From a virus (taxonomy: Duplodnaviria > Caudoviricetes), in the IMG/VR virus record IMGVR_UViG_3300032218_001507, positions 1 to 61,850 of that record: DNA of 61,850 nt. The stretch is one strand, 5' to 3'. Shown in pieces: positions 52,942 to 61,691 of this stretch. Below the pieces are notes generated by a model, which saw nothing but the letters and a program-made list of their open reading frames with translations, searched no databases and was not told the DNA's origin. The number at the start of each line of letters is the position of its first letter. The stretch's first letter is position 1. The position numbers were made by a program, and so were the translations under genes.

Positions 52942-53202
52942 TTAGATAACGAGAGTTGCCGCTTCTTCTTCAGTAAGAGGTGTACCTGCTACTAACTTAG
53001 CCTTAGCAGATGCCTTGAGAGCAGCCAACGCTTCTGCTGCTGCCTCACGCTCTGCAGCCTCTGTCGCTGCCTTTGCCGCTGCTGCTTCATTAGCAGCAAC
53101 CTCTTCAGCGGTGAGTGGACGAGTAGTAGTCTGCTCGTGGCCTTCTGCAGCGCAGTTTCCACAGCAGCATACTTCTACAGCGATTGGGGTTGTATCTGTC
53201 AT
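52942..53202 (-). CDS. Ala/Glu-rich small tail-fibre-associated protein
   Basis: RPLTAEE...AKASAKAKL..G.PLTEEEA; aaggag SD. Confidence 0.7.
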   Translation of the reverse strand: MTDTTPIAVEVCCCGNCAAEGHEQTTTRPLTAEEVAANEAAAAKAATEAAEREAAAEALAALKASAKAKLVAGTPLTEEEAATLVI

Positions 53203-53211
53203 TTTTTCTCC

Positions 53212-53709
53212 TTAGATTCCGTATAGATAGAAAGATGAGCCGATTGCAAAAGTTAATCCAGATAAAGTAAGAGATGTAATTGCAGCAGTATTACTCCACA
53301 ACATTGCATCTACTTCATTTTGTGCGTAATCTGCTGAATTATATTCAGTTGCTGTATGCACAGAAAAAGGTTTGTTTTGTGACACAGCATAAGATGGAAC
53401 ATAAACTTCAATGTTAGAAAATGTGTTTGCAGTAGAACCTGCTGAGTTTGCTAATGGAGGTTGAGTAACTGTGCCTGACTCTGCATAACCAGTTCCCGCA
53501 GAAACATAACCTGTCAAATAACGACCTGATAAGTTTGTTGTAACGCCATTAAAACCAACAGTAAATCTTGATGGAAAATTACCAGTTGCAGTTGTTCTTA
53601 TTGACATCCTCAAAACCAAATCCTTATAGGTACTTGGAATTGACGAGAAGGTAACGGATGCGGCTGATGAGCCGAGGACTTGGGATGAGATGAGTGTGTA
53701 TGTGGACAT
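53212..53709 (-). CDS. Tail fibre beta-domain protein (SVTFSSIP family, paralog)
   Basis: TY.LI.SQ.LGS.A.SVTFSSIP.TYKDL...W.NTAAITS...LYGI. Confidence 0.75.
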   Translation of the reverse strand: MSTYTLISSQVLGSSAASVTFSSIPSTYKDLVLRMSIRTTATGNFPSRFTVGFNGVTTNLSGRYLTGYVSAGTGYAESGTVTQPPLANSAGSTANTFSNIEVYVPSYAVSQNKPFSVHTATEYNSADYAQNEVDAMLWSNTAAITSLTLSGLTFAIGSSFYLYGI

Positions 53710-53719
53710 TAGTTTCTCC

Positions 53720-54223
53720 CTAAGCCTTTAAGATTCCGTAGAGGTTGGCGGTTGTACCAGCGGCGAAAGACGTTACATTTGTTGACAAAGTAACTGTTGT
53801 AATTGCAGCGGTGGAACGCCAAAGACCCACCGTCAAATTTATGTTTCCAGTTCCATTTTTATCATTTGCAACGGTTATAAGTGTTGTTTTATATGTTGAA
53901 CCTGCGTAAGAAAAAATGTCATAAGAAATAAATGCAGGGGGTGTGCTAAAAGAACCATATTGGCTGTATGGGTCTATTTCGGTTTGATTGGTCAAACTTG
54001 TTGAAGCCGCCGTAGTGCCGTTTCCGTTTAGAGCTGTAATAGAATAAGTTCCTGTGCTTACGTTGTTAAATCGTAAAAAAACGTCTGGAGCGCTTGAACT
54101 TGAAGTTCCCACAAAAACCAACCGCAAATCCGTCCAACTTGCCGCAATAGACGAAAAGGTAATAGACGATGCAGCCGAGCCAAGTGTTTGCGATGCGATT
54201 AAATCGTAAGTTGCGGTAGCCAT
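53720..54223 (-). CDS. Tail fibre beta-domain protein (SVTFSSIP family, paralog)
   Basis: TY.LIASQTLGS...SITFSSI...TDL...W.STAAIT...LYGI. Confidence 0.75.
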   Translation of the reverse strand: MATATYDLIASQTLGSAASSITFSSIAASWTDLRLVFVGTSSSSAPDVFLRFNNVSTGTYSITALNGNGTTAASTSLTNQTEIDPYSQYGSFSTPPAFISYDIFSYAGSTYKTTLITVANDKNGTGNINLTVGLWRSTAAITTVTLSTNVTSFAAGTTANLYGILKA

Positions 54224-54224
54224 A

Positions 54225-55601
54225 TTAGTTTACTCCGTAAAGGGCGATAGAAGAACCAGATGCAAAAACTCCACTTGTAATTGTAATAGAAGTAATAGCA
54301 GAAGTTGAAAGCCACATACCAGAAGATAAATTGACTGCACTATAAGCTCCATTTTTATCACCACCACCAAAAATTCTTGCAACTTTATACTTAGAGGTTG
54401 AAGAATAGTCAATAATATCGGTAATGCTTACTACAGGATAAGTTGATTGTGATGCTGCGGTATCTACATAAATATAATATCTATTTATGCCACCCGATGC
54501 TGATGCTGTAGTTCCATCACCTGACAGACTATGGCCAGTATAATTTGTTGCAAAATTGCCATTAAAATAAATTCCAATATTGTTACCAAAAGTGCTTGAC
54601 ATATTTACAACTCGCAGTTGCAACGATTTATATGTTTGAGGTATGGATGAGAATGTTACATCTCCGCTACCGCTAGGAGTAAGCGTAGCAATGTTGTAGA
54701 AGGATGACGGAGTAACGACTGTTCCAGAGACGGTGCCAGAGGCTGCGGAATCGCCGTTAGCATTTACGGCCTTGACAGAGAAGTTGTAAGTTCCTGCGGT
54801 TAATCCAGTCAAAGATAATGGACTAGTTGTCTGAGAAGGAGATAGGGCTGTATAAGTAGAACTATCTGTTGAGTACTTATAGTTAGTGATTGCAGAGCCA
54901 CCAGTTGCTGGGGCGGTGAAAGATAATGTTCCAGTTGTTCCTGTGCCACCATCAGTAAAGGTTCCAATAGTAGGAGCCTGTGGAACAGAAGAAGGAGTAG
55001 TAGCAGCAGATGCAGAAGAGGCAGTAGATACGCCATTAGCGTTAGTAGCTGTGACTGTATAGGTGCAAGCAACTCCAACAGTATCTAATACTAAAATCGG
55101 GCTTGATGAACCTGTATTGTTATTACCAGAAGAAGAAGTAACTGTATAACCAGTAATAGATGAACCACCTGTAGCAGGGGCTGTAAAGGGTACAGATACG
55201 TTTGCAGAGCCAGAATAAGATTGAGCGGTAGCAACAGTAGGGCTACCCATTGTAGGCGCGTTTGGAACAGTAGTAGCTGTAATAGAGGAGGATGTAGTAG
55301 CAGCTGTTGTTACTCCAGTGCCATTTGTTGCAGTAGCAGAGACTGTGTAAGAAGTCGCGCTAGATAGACCTGTAAGAGTAATAGGGCTAGTAGAGGTTGT
55401 TGTTGTAACAGTTGTTGGAGTAGTTGTTACAGAGTAAGAAGTAGGCAATCCACCAGTAGGGGATGTAATAGTCACTGTTGCAGCGCCATTATTGTAGGCA
55501 CGGCTAGTGCCTACATTGCTTGCGCTGACTGTAGGTGCATCTGGTACATCGGGTATAGCAACGGGTAGGTTGCTAATGCCACGGAACTTCTTATCTGGCA
55601 T
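54225..55601 (-). CDS. Tail fibre/adhesin: three FN3-like repeats plus a TFSSIP-family domain
   Basis: Shares NVGTSRAYNNG and SSITATTVPNAP with 51112-52890; C-terminal VTFSSIPQTYK...LYG. Confidence 0.8.
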   Translation of the reverse strand: MPDKKFRGISNLPVAIPDVPDAPTVSASNVGTSRAYNNGAATVTITSPTGGLPTSYSVTTTPTTVTTTTSTSPITLTGLSSATSYTVSATATNGTGVTTAATTSSSITATTVPNAPTMGSPTVATAQSYSGSANVSVPFTAPATGGSSITGYTVTSSSGNNNTGSSSPILVLDTVGVACTYTVTATNANGVSTASSASAATTPSSVPQAPTIGTFTDGGTGTTGTLSFTAPATGGSAITNYKYSTDSSTYTALSPSQTTSPLSLTGLTAGTYNFSVKAVNANGDSAASGTVSGTVVTPSSFYNIATLTPSGSGDVTFSSIPQTYKSLQLRVVNMSSTFGNNIGIYFNGNFATNYTGHSLSGDGTTASASGGINRYYIYVDTAASQSTYPVVSITDIIDYSSTSKYKVARIFGGGDKNGAYSAVNLSSGMWLSTSAITSITITSGVFASGSSIALYGVN

Positions 55602-55607
55602 TAGTTA

Positions 55608-55913
55608 TTACTCCTCTGTAGGGAAAATAAACTCGTCTTTTTGGGCGTCGTAAATCATTCCTGGACCAGCATATTGACCGCGAAACTTTTCGTTGTAAGA
55701 AGTTTGAAGCCATTTGCCTTCATAACCTAATTCAACAATGAGTTTTTGACCTATTGCTTCTTGTTCTGGATAATCAAGATTCCCATGGTCTTTGTGATAC
55801 TCCTCTTGGTAATCCCAATGTGTTTTTCCAATGCAACCACCAATGGCGCAATTTGAAATCACAATAATTTGTTCAACAACATTGTTTTCGTTTATTTTTG
55901 CAAAGTGTGCCAT
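55608..55913 (-). CDS. MAHFA-type small tail-fibre partner protein (paralog 2)
   Basis: MAHFAKIN...W.QTSYN..FRG.YAG.G..YD. Confidence 0.75.
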   Translation of the reverse strand: MAHFAKINENNVVEQIIVISNCAIGGCIGKTHWDYQEEYHKDHGNLDYPEQEAIGQKLIVELGYEGKWLQTSYNEKFRGQYAGPGMIYDAQKDEFIFPTEE

Positions 55914-55914
55914 T

Positions 55915-56649
55915 TTATCCAATCACCACCACTACATAACCAGATTGACCTGATGCGCTAGTGCCATCGGCATTACCGCCATCTCCTGAGTTTGCGAGGG
56001 CTCTAGATGATGACCCTCCACCAATTCCATAAGTTGTTGATGTTCCTGTAATACTATTTGCTGCACCAGCACCGCCAGTCGCGCCGCTTCCAGCACCACC
56101 AGCACCTCCACCGCCGCCTTTTACTTGGCCAGAGTTAGCACCGTTTCCACCGTTATTGCCTTGACCAGAAATTCCTGTACCACCACCTGTTGAACCAGTG
56201 CCTGGTCCACCGCCTCCGCCAGAACCACCATTACCGCCTCCGTGTGCACGAGAGTTGTAATTAGAGCCGCCTTGTCCACCACCAGCAGCAAAGTATGTTC
56301 CTAACACAGAGGCTGCTCCTGCTTGATTAGTTCCATTTCCACCACCACCACCTACTGTGACAGTTAATGTTCCTGCTTTGAGTATTGCAGAGGTATCGTA
56401 GATATATCCGCCAGCCCCACCACGACCACCTGTACTTGCATCACTTGGCTCGTAGTGGTTAGGTCCTCCACCTCCAAGAACAAGAATTTCTGCAGTTCCA
56501 GCGGTACCAATAGTAATAGAACCAGAACCAGTAAATTTGTAGATAGTCTTACCAGCACGAGTTGAAGAATCAATTGTTGGAGAGCCAGTAGAAGCAGTTA
56601 CTGTTGCTTTACCTATTCCGCCTGCTGATACGGGACTAAAAAATGGCAT
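55915..56649 (-). CDS. Gly-rich tail fibre domain protein
   Basis: YKFTGSG, LV.GGGG, GQGN.GG, SG.VVV. Confidence 0.75.
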   Translation of the reverse strand: MPFFSPVSAGGIGKATVTASTGSPTIDSSTRAGKTIYKFTGSGSITIGTAGTAEILVLGGGGPNHYEPSDASTGGRGGAGGYIYDTSAILKAGTLTVTVGGGGGNGTNQAGAASVLGTYFAAGGGQGGSNYNSRAHGGGNGGSGGGGGPGTGSTGGGTGISGQGNNGGNGANSGQVKGGGGGAGGAGSGATGGAGAANSITGTSTTYGIGGGSSSRALANSGDGGNADGTSASGQSGYVVVVIG

Positions 56650-56661
56650 GAGTTATTCTCC

Positions 56662-57351
56662 TTATGCGTACTTGACTGGACCAGCACAGAGGACTGTGAA
56701 TGCGGATGAACCTGTCTTTAAGATTGTATAAGAATAGGTATCAACAGCAGATGCGTTACCAGCAGCTGGAGCGGTACCACCTGACCATTTGATAGCAACT
56801 GTGGCGTTGGTATCTACTGTGATTGCTGAGTTTTGATAATAGGCAGTTGTATTGGTTGCCAAAAAGTTTACGGTAATAGCGTCGCCAGTACTCATCAGTG
56901 AGTTAAGAGTAGTTCCTGAAGAACCACGGAAGTTAAGAGTCCAGTTATTAGTAGATGCTGTTGTGTAATATAAAACGCCTTGGGTTAAACAATCAAACTG
57001 AATAGTTCCTGTTGCCGCTGTTGCTGAGATTGTCCACAATTCTTTTGGCGCCGTTAAAGTTTTATTAGTTAAATAGTCTGTTGTTGCCTTACCTACAAGA
57101 GTGTCTGTAGAAGTCGGCAAAGTTATTGTTCCAGTATTAGTAATAGATGAAATAGTAGGAGAAGTAAGAGTTAATCCAGAGAGAGTAGATGACCAGTTAA
57201 CTCCAGCAGTAGCGCCTGAGTTAGCAACAAGGAGTGTATTATTTGCGCCAACAGTTAAAACAGCGGGCGTATTATCAGCAGTAGCTGTATAGATATCGCC
57301 CTTAGCATTAGCTAAGTCGGTGACGCTTGCTACGTCTCTGGCTCTTGTCAT
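56662..57351 (-). CDS. Tail fibre protein
   Basis: MTRARDVA start; AKGD...ATAD; TLP....TLV; LTNKTLT; KW.GG.AP. Confidence 0.75.
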   Translation of the reverse strand: MTRARDVASVTDLANAKGDIYTATADNTPAVLTVGANNTLLVANSGATAGVNWSSTLSGLTLTSPTISSITNTGTITLPTSTDTLVGKATTDYLTNKTLTAPKELWTISATAATGTIQFDCLTQGVLYYTTASTNNWTLNFRGSSGTTLNSLMSTGDAITVNFLATNTTAYYQNSAITVDTNATVAIKWSGGTAPAAGNASAVDTYSYTILKTGSSAFTVLCAGPVKYA

Positions 57352-57401
57352 CTATCTACTTCTTTCTATTTATCTTTACTGGATAAAATTCTTTGGGGCG
57401 A

Positions 57402-57632
57402 TTATTCTGTTGGTGTTTTTATTACAGGAGCAATAAACTTTTTTCCATCCCAGATGTCGCCTGTTCCAGCAAACTTTCCACCAAAATTAGCGTTATAAGA
57501 TGTTTGAACCCAAGTACCACCTAAATTACAATCGTTAGCAAGAAACTCTTGACCACGATTTTCGTGTTCATCTGCTACTACTAGTACTCGGAGTACTACA
57601 TTGTTTGAATCTATTTCTGCAAAATGTGCCAT
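57402..57632 (-). CDS. MAHFA-type small tail-fibre partner protein (paralog 3)
   Basis: MAHFAEID.NN.V.RV.VV...GGTWVQTSYN. Confidence 0.75.
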   Translation of the reverse strand: MAHFAEIDSNNVVLRVLVVADEHENRGQEFLANDCNLGGTWVQTSYNANFGGKFAGTGDIWDGKKFIAPVIKTPTE

Positions 57633-57644
57633 TGTCTATTCTCC

Positions 57645-58418
57645 TTATGACCAATAAATAATTCTTGCGTAACCTGAACCGCCAGCGCCACCAGTAAGAT
57701 TAGAACCACCGTTTGTTGAACATCCAGAACCACCACCGCCTTTGTTTGTTGTACCAGCAATTCCGTTTAATCCATAACCTGGACCTTTGGCACCACCGTC
57801 AACTGCATGTCCTTGGTTGCCAGTATTTCCTCCGCCTCCAAAACCATCTTTTCCAATACCTGCGGCATTTGATACACCGTTGGAGAGTGAACCATAAAAT
57901 CCTTGCAGAGGTTGCGTTGTTGTTGTGCCAGAACTGGCGACAATTTGGTATGTTCCGTTAGTGACGTATGGACCGCTTCCCGCTCCACCACCGTTAGCGC
58001 CAGAAGTTGACGAAGAGTCACTTCCTACCCCGCCACCAGTTGCTCTCATTCCAGGAGTTGTAGTTACGCCGCCACCACCACCACCGCCACCGTATGCAGT
58101 AGCAAGAGAACCAAAAGTTGTATCACTACCATTTGAGCCTGCACCACCAGAACTTCCACCCGCCCCGCCTCCGCCTACGGTTACAGTATAAGAAGTGCCT
58201 GGAGTAACGGAAATTAAAGTTCTAAGTACACCACCGCCACCACCGCCACCACTTTGTTGCGAACCAGAAGTCACACCTCCAGCACCACCACCACCGCCTA
58301 CTAAAAATAGTTCAACAGCAGAACAATTAGATGGAGTTACAAATGTAGTAGTAGTTAAATATTCGGCTACTTTTTGAGTTACGCCGCCACTAGCAGCAGG
58401 AAATACTGTTGATGCCAT
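57645..58418 (-). CDS. Gly-rich tail fibre domain protein
   Basis: LVGGGGG, VTPGTSYTVTVG.GG, GGAGGSG...I.YW. Confidence 0.75.
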   Translation of the reverse strand: MASTVFPAASGGVTQKVAEYLTTTTFVTPSNCSAVELFLVGGGGGAGGVTSGSQQSGGGGGGGVLRTLISVTPGTSYTVTVGGGGAGGSSGGAGSNGSDTTFGSLATAYGGGGGGGGVTTTPGMRATGGGVGSDSSSTSGANGGGAGSGPYVTNGTYQIVASSGTTTTQPLQGFYGSLSNGVSNAAGIGKDGFGGGGNTGNQGHAVDGGAKGPGYGLNGIAGTTNKGGGGSGCSTNGGSNLTGGAGGSGYARIIYWS

Positions 58419-58420
58419 AG

Positions 58421-58738
58421 TTATGCCACCTCTACGCCTGAGACGTGAATGTTGACAGAAGTTGCAGATGCGCCACCCTTAATAGTCTTTGGCGTTGCAT
58501 TTGCTGCTAGCACCTGTTTTAAATCAAAGAAGGCCGTTGAGTTAGCGGCGAGTGCCGTTGTAGTAAACATATCTGTACCATCTAGTGTGATGGTAAATGT
58601 CTGAGAAGAGCCAGATGTATTGGTCACTACGATGTTAGTGACAACTGTTGTTGTTGAGGTAGTAGGCACTGTGTACAACGTGGTAGTTGTAGTGAGTGAG
58701 GCTGCCCCTCTGTAGAGGGTCTTTGCTGATACGGCCAT
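58421..58738 (-). CDS. Small beta-rich virion protein (LYTVP family, paralog)
   Basis: TLYTVP...VV.NI.V.N...SG.E. Confidence 0.7.
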   Translation of the reverse strand: MAVSAKTLYRGAASLTTTTTLYTVPTTSTTTVVTNIVVTNTSGSSQTFTITLDGTDMFTTTALAANSTAFFDLKQVLAANATPKTIKGGASATSVNIHVSGVEVA

Positions 58739-59202
58739 TAGATTAGGGCTCCCATCGTAGTAAGGATTAAGTTGTCATCGCCCCAACGGAGGCCTGAAGT
58801 CTGTGAAGAGTCCACAAGGAGTTCTTGTGGGTAAGTTCCATTAGTTCCAACTGCAAGACGAGTTACAACGTTATCTGCAGTACCAACAATAATATCGCCC
58901 TTGGCATCTACTAAGGTCTGGTCTACAGCATTAGTAATTGTAAAGGGTGAGAAAGTTAAAATCTCAACAACGTCAGATGCAACTAAGGCAGTCAACGCCG
59001 TGATAGATGTTCCGCTTGATGCGGTGTAGTCAGAAGTACGAACAAGCATCACGCCGTTGAGGTAGACCTGCTCCATACCTACTGTGTAGGCAAGGACGTT
59101 ACCATTGGCATCTACGCCTGATACTGAGGTTTCAGCGCCAACAGCAACATAGCGATATCGGCTAAGTGTTGCTACCTGTGCTGATGCTGTTGAAATTGAC
59201 AT
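58738..59202 (-). CDS. Tail fibre-associated protein
   Basis: VYLNGV.L...DYTA..GTSIT; DAKGD..VGTAD...RLAVG. Confidence 0.75.
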   Translation of the reverse strand: MSISTASAQVATLSRYRYVAVGAETSVSGVDANGNVLAYTVGMEQVYLNGVMLVRTSDYTASSGTSITALTALVASDVVEILTFSPFTITNAVDQTLVDAKGDIIVGTADNVVTRLAVGTNGTYPQELLVDSSQTSGLRWGDDNLILTTMGALI

Positions 59203-59531
59203 TAGGAGATTTCACTTCCAAATGCCGAAAATGAAAGAGTTGCAGTTGATGCATAAACACGCACCACATCTGTCGTTGCTAGTGTGATACCTAGAGTTAA
59301 CGCAGTTGAGTCTGAGGCAGCAACTGTTGCTCCATAGACGATGTAGTGCTTAGGGTCAATTGCTGCACCTGCTGGGCTCACTGCGATGCGGTATGTTGCA
59401 GCAGTAGAGGCCTGGTTACAAATCATAATAGTAGAGACCACAGCAGATGTTGCTGAGGGAACTGTGTATAAGGTTGTGAGAGTAGTGGCAGCGGGGTTAT
59501 TTTGCGCCAAAACTTTGTATGTTGTTGCCAT
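59202..59531 (-). CDS. Small beta-rich virion protein (LYTVP family, paralog)
   Basis: YKVLAQ..P.AT...LYTVP...VVSTI.ICN...FG.E; aaggag SD. Confidence 0.75.
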   Translation of the reverse strand: MATTYKVLAQNNPAATTLTTLYTVPSATSAVVSTIMICNQASTAATYRIAVSPAGAAIDPKHYIVYGATVAASDSTALTLGITLATTDVVRVYASTATLSFSAFGSEIS

Positions 59532-59600
59532 GGGACTCCTTCAAAGGGGATATGCATAGGTTAACTGGTACAGAAAGCCTATGTGGGCTAAAGTAACCCC

Positions 59601-60605
59601 ATGAATTTGGTGCAAAAATCGGTTTCTCAGGGCGGTAAATTAGCTCCTATAATTATACCCAATACCTTGACTAATGGTCTGGGTTTAATGAACCCCTCTG
59701 TTTACATAGACAATGATGGGGATATTCTGGTTAACCTTCGCCAGGTTAATTACACACTTTATATTTCTGAAAATGAAAAGCGCTTTTTTTCTCCTTGGGG
59801 ACCGCTTACTTATTTGCATCCTGAGAAAGACCAACGCCTTGTTACAAACAATTTTCTTTGCCGTTTAGATAAAGATTACAACGTAATCAACTACACCAAG
59901 GTAGAGATGCTAGAACTGCATACCCCTATTTGGGAGTTTGTAGGTTTAGAGGATGCCCGAGTTGTCCAGTGGGATGGCGATTACTACATGATTGGCGTTC
60001 GTCGTGATACCACGACCAATGGTCAAGGCCGTATGGAGTACAGCAAGATAGAGATTGATAAAGACAATTGGACCGTAAAAGAAGTTCAAAGAGTCCGCGT
60101 CCCAGCTCCAGTTAATGAAAACACTTCGTATTGTGAGAAGAACTGGATGCCTGTAGTAAATAATCCGTATCACTTTGTGAAGTGGGCAATGCCTACTGAG
60201 GTTGTTTGGGCTAACCCTAATGAGCCTGAGTCTAAACAAGCAATTGTAAATGACAACGTGCCTACCCCACCTATTGACCAACGGGGTGGTTCTCACGTTA
60301 TTGCATGGGGTGATTACTATGTGTGCGTAACCCACGAAGTAAAACTATGGAGAAACTATCTTAATCAAAAGGACTCTACATACCGCCATCGGTTAATCGT
60401 TTGGGATAAAGAGTTTAACTTTGTAGGACTTAGCAAAGAGTTTGCCTTTATGGATACTCCTATTGAGTTCTGTGTAGGAGCTGCGGTAATCAACGACAAT
60501 ATGCTTCTTAGCTTTGGCGTTCAAGATAACTCAGCTTTTGTTCTTGAGGTTCCTAAATCTGTAATTGACGAGATGATTGAAGAGGCAAAGACATATGGCA
60601 ATTAA
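59601..60605 (+). CDS. Five-bladed beta-propeller glycosidase/phosphorylase-like protein (GH130/GH43-like)
   Basis: NPSV, GLEDARV, EKNWMP, RGGS, IEF..G, SFG..D; leaderless TAAAGT-N6-ATG. Confidence 0.65.
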   Translation: MNLVQKSVSQGGKLAPIIIPNTLTNGLGLMNPSVYIDNDGDILVNLRQVNYTLYISENEKRFFSPWGPLTYLHPEKDQRLVTNNFLCRLDKDYNVINYTKVEMLELHTPIWEFVGLEDARVVQWDGDYYMIGVRRDTTTNGQGRMEYSKIEIDKDNWTVKEVQRVRVPAPVNENTSYCEKNWMPVVNNPYHFVKWAMPTEVVWANPNEPESKQAIVNDNVPTPPIDQRGGSHVIAWGDYYVCVTHEVKLWRNYLNQKDSTYRHRLIVWDKEFNFVGLSKEFAFMDTPIEFCVGAAVINDNMLLSFGVQDNSAFVLEVPKSVIDEMIEEAKTYGN

Positions 60606-61155
60606 AGAACTTGCAGTAGATGTTGCGTTTGATTCTTATAATCCAGAAAAAAACTTTGCTCTTGCCAACGCTTACTTTGATGCAGGTCAGTTTGCCTCTG
60701 CTGCTGGTTTTTACTTAAGAACTGCTGACCGTGGATATAAGACACATCCAGTTATTGCTTACTCTTCTTTAATACGAATGGCGTTGTGTTTTTCAAAGCA
60801 AGGCGATAGAAGTGCAACTGTGTACCAAACGTTTCTTCATGCCCTCACTCTTTTGCCTGGAAGACCAGAGGCATACTTTCATCTAGCTCGTGTGCATGAG
60901 CGCAATAAAGAATGGCAAAAAGCTTATACATTTGCAGAACTTGGGCTTGTTTATACAGCATCAACTTATAACCAACCTCTTCCGGTATATGTGGAGTACA
61001 ACGGCCCTTACGTATTGATGTTTGAAAAAGCCGTTGCTGGTTGGTGGCTAGGACGCAAAGATGAAAGCTTTGAACTATTTCATCATCTTTTAGACAACGT
61101 TGAGATGACTCCAGAATATGTACAAGGTTGCATTAACAACCTAAAATTGTTCTAA
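60595..61155 (+). CDS. TPR-repeat protein
   Basis: Helical repeats F.LA..Y...Q..SA..FYLR and P.RPEAYF.LA. Confidence 0.75.
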   Translation: MAIKELAVDVAFDSYNPEKNFALANAYFDAGQFASAAGFYLRTADRGYKTHPVIAYSSLIRMALCFSKQGDRSATVYQTFLHALTLLPGRPEAYFHLARVHERNKEWQKAYTFAELGLVYTASTYNQPLPVYVEYNGPYVLMFEKAVAGWWLGRKDESFELFHHLLDNVEMTPEYVQGCINNLKLF

Positions 61156-61691
61156 TGTTTCCTAATTGGTTTAATAACGTCTCCCCGTATTTTGACCGCA
61201 AGTGTCCGCAAGTTCCTTTGCGTGCTCTCCAGATAGGAACATACACAGGAGATGCTACTGAGTGGCTTCTTATTAATCGGGATATTGTAACGATTGACGA
61301 TGTGGATACGTGGGCAGGCAGTGAGGAAGAACAGCACGAGCATCTAGATTTTAATTCAGTTGAAGGTTATTACGACTCTCGCTTTACAGGTAACACTAAA
61401 GTTATTAAGAACAAAATGACTAGTGATGAGTTCTTTAATCAAAACACTAAGACTTTTAACTTCATCTACATTGACGGAAGCCATACGGCTTTACAGACAG
61501 CTTTAGATGGTCTTAATGCCTTTAAGGTTCTTGAGCCTGGTGGAGTTATTGCCTTTGATGACTATCTATGGGCAGAAGGTGGCAAACCTTTCTTAGAACC
61601 TATGCGTGGTGTTAACGCTTTCATGCAGGTCTGTGAAGGTGAGATGCTATGTCTTGAAGACGGTTATCAGATGTGGTTTGTTAAATGCTAG
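61155..61691 (+). CDS. Class I SAM-dependent methyltransferase (Methyltransf_24-like)
   Basis: LQIGTYTG, DVDTW, IYIDGSH, L.PGG...FDDY. Confidence 0.85.
   Translation: MFPNWFNNVSPYFDRKCPQVPLRALQIGTYTGDATEWLLINRDIVTIDDVDTWAGSEEEQHEHLDFNSVEGYYDSRFTGNTKVIKNKMTSDEFFNQNTKTFNFIYIDGSHTALQTALDGLNAFKVLEPGGVIAFDDYLWAEGGKPFLEPMRGVNAFMQVCEGEMLCLEDGYQMWFVKC

Noticed and set aside
51112-58418. (cca/ccg)n runs as DNA tandem repeats
   Set aside because: They are Gly codons of Gly-rich domains, with varied third positions
50735-59531. Diversity-generating retroelement or invertase shufflon acting on fibres
   Set aside because: No reverse transcriptase, no near-identical TR/VR pair seen and no inverted cassettes; paralog similarity is mainly at protein level
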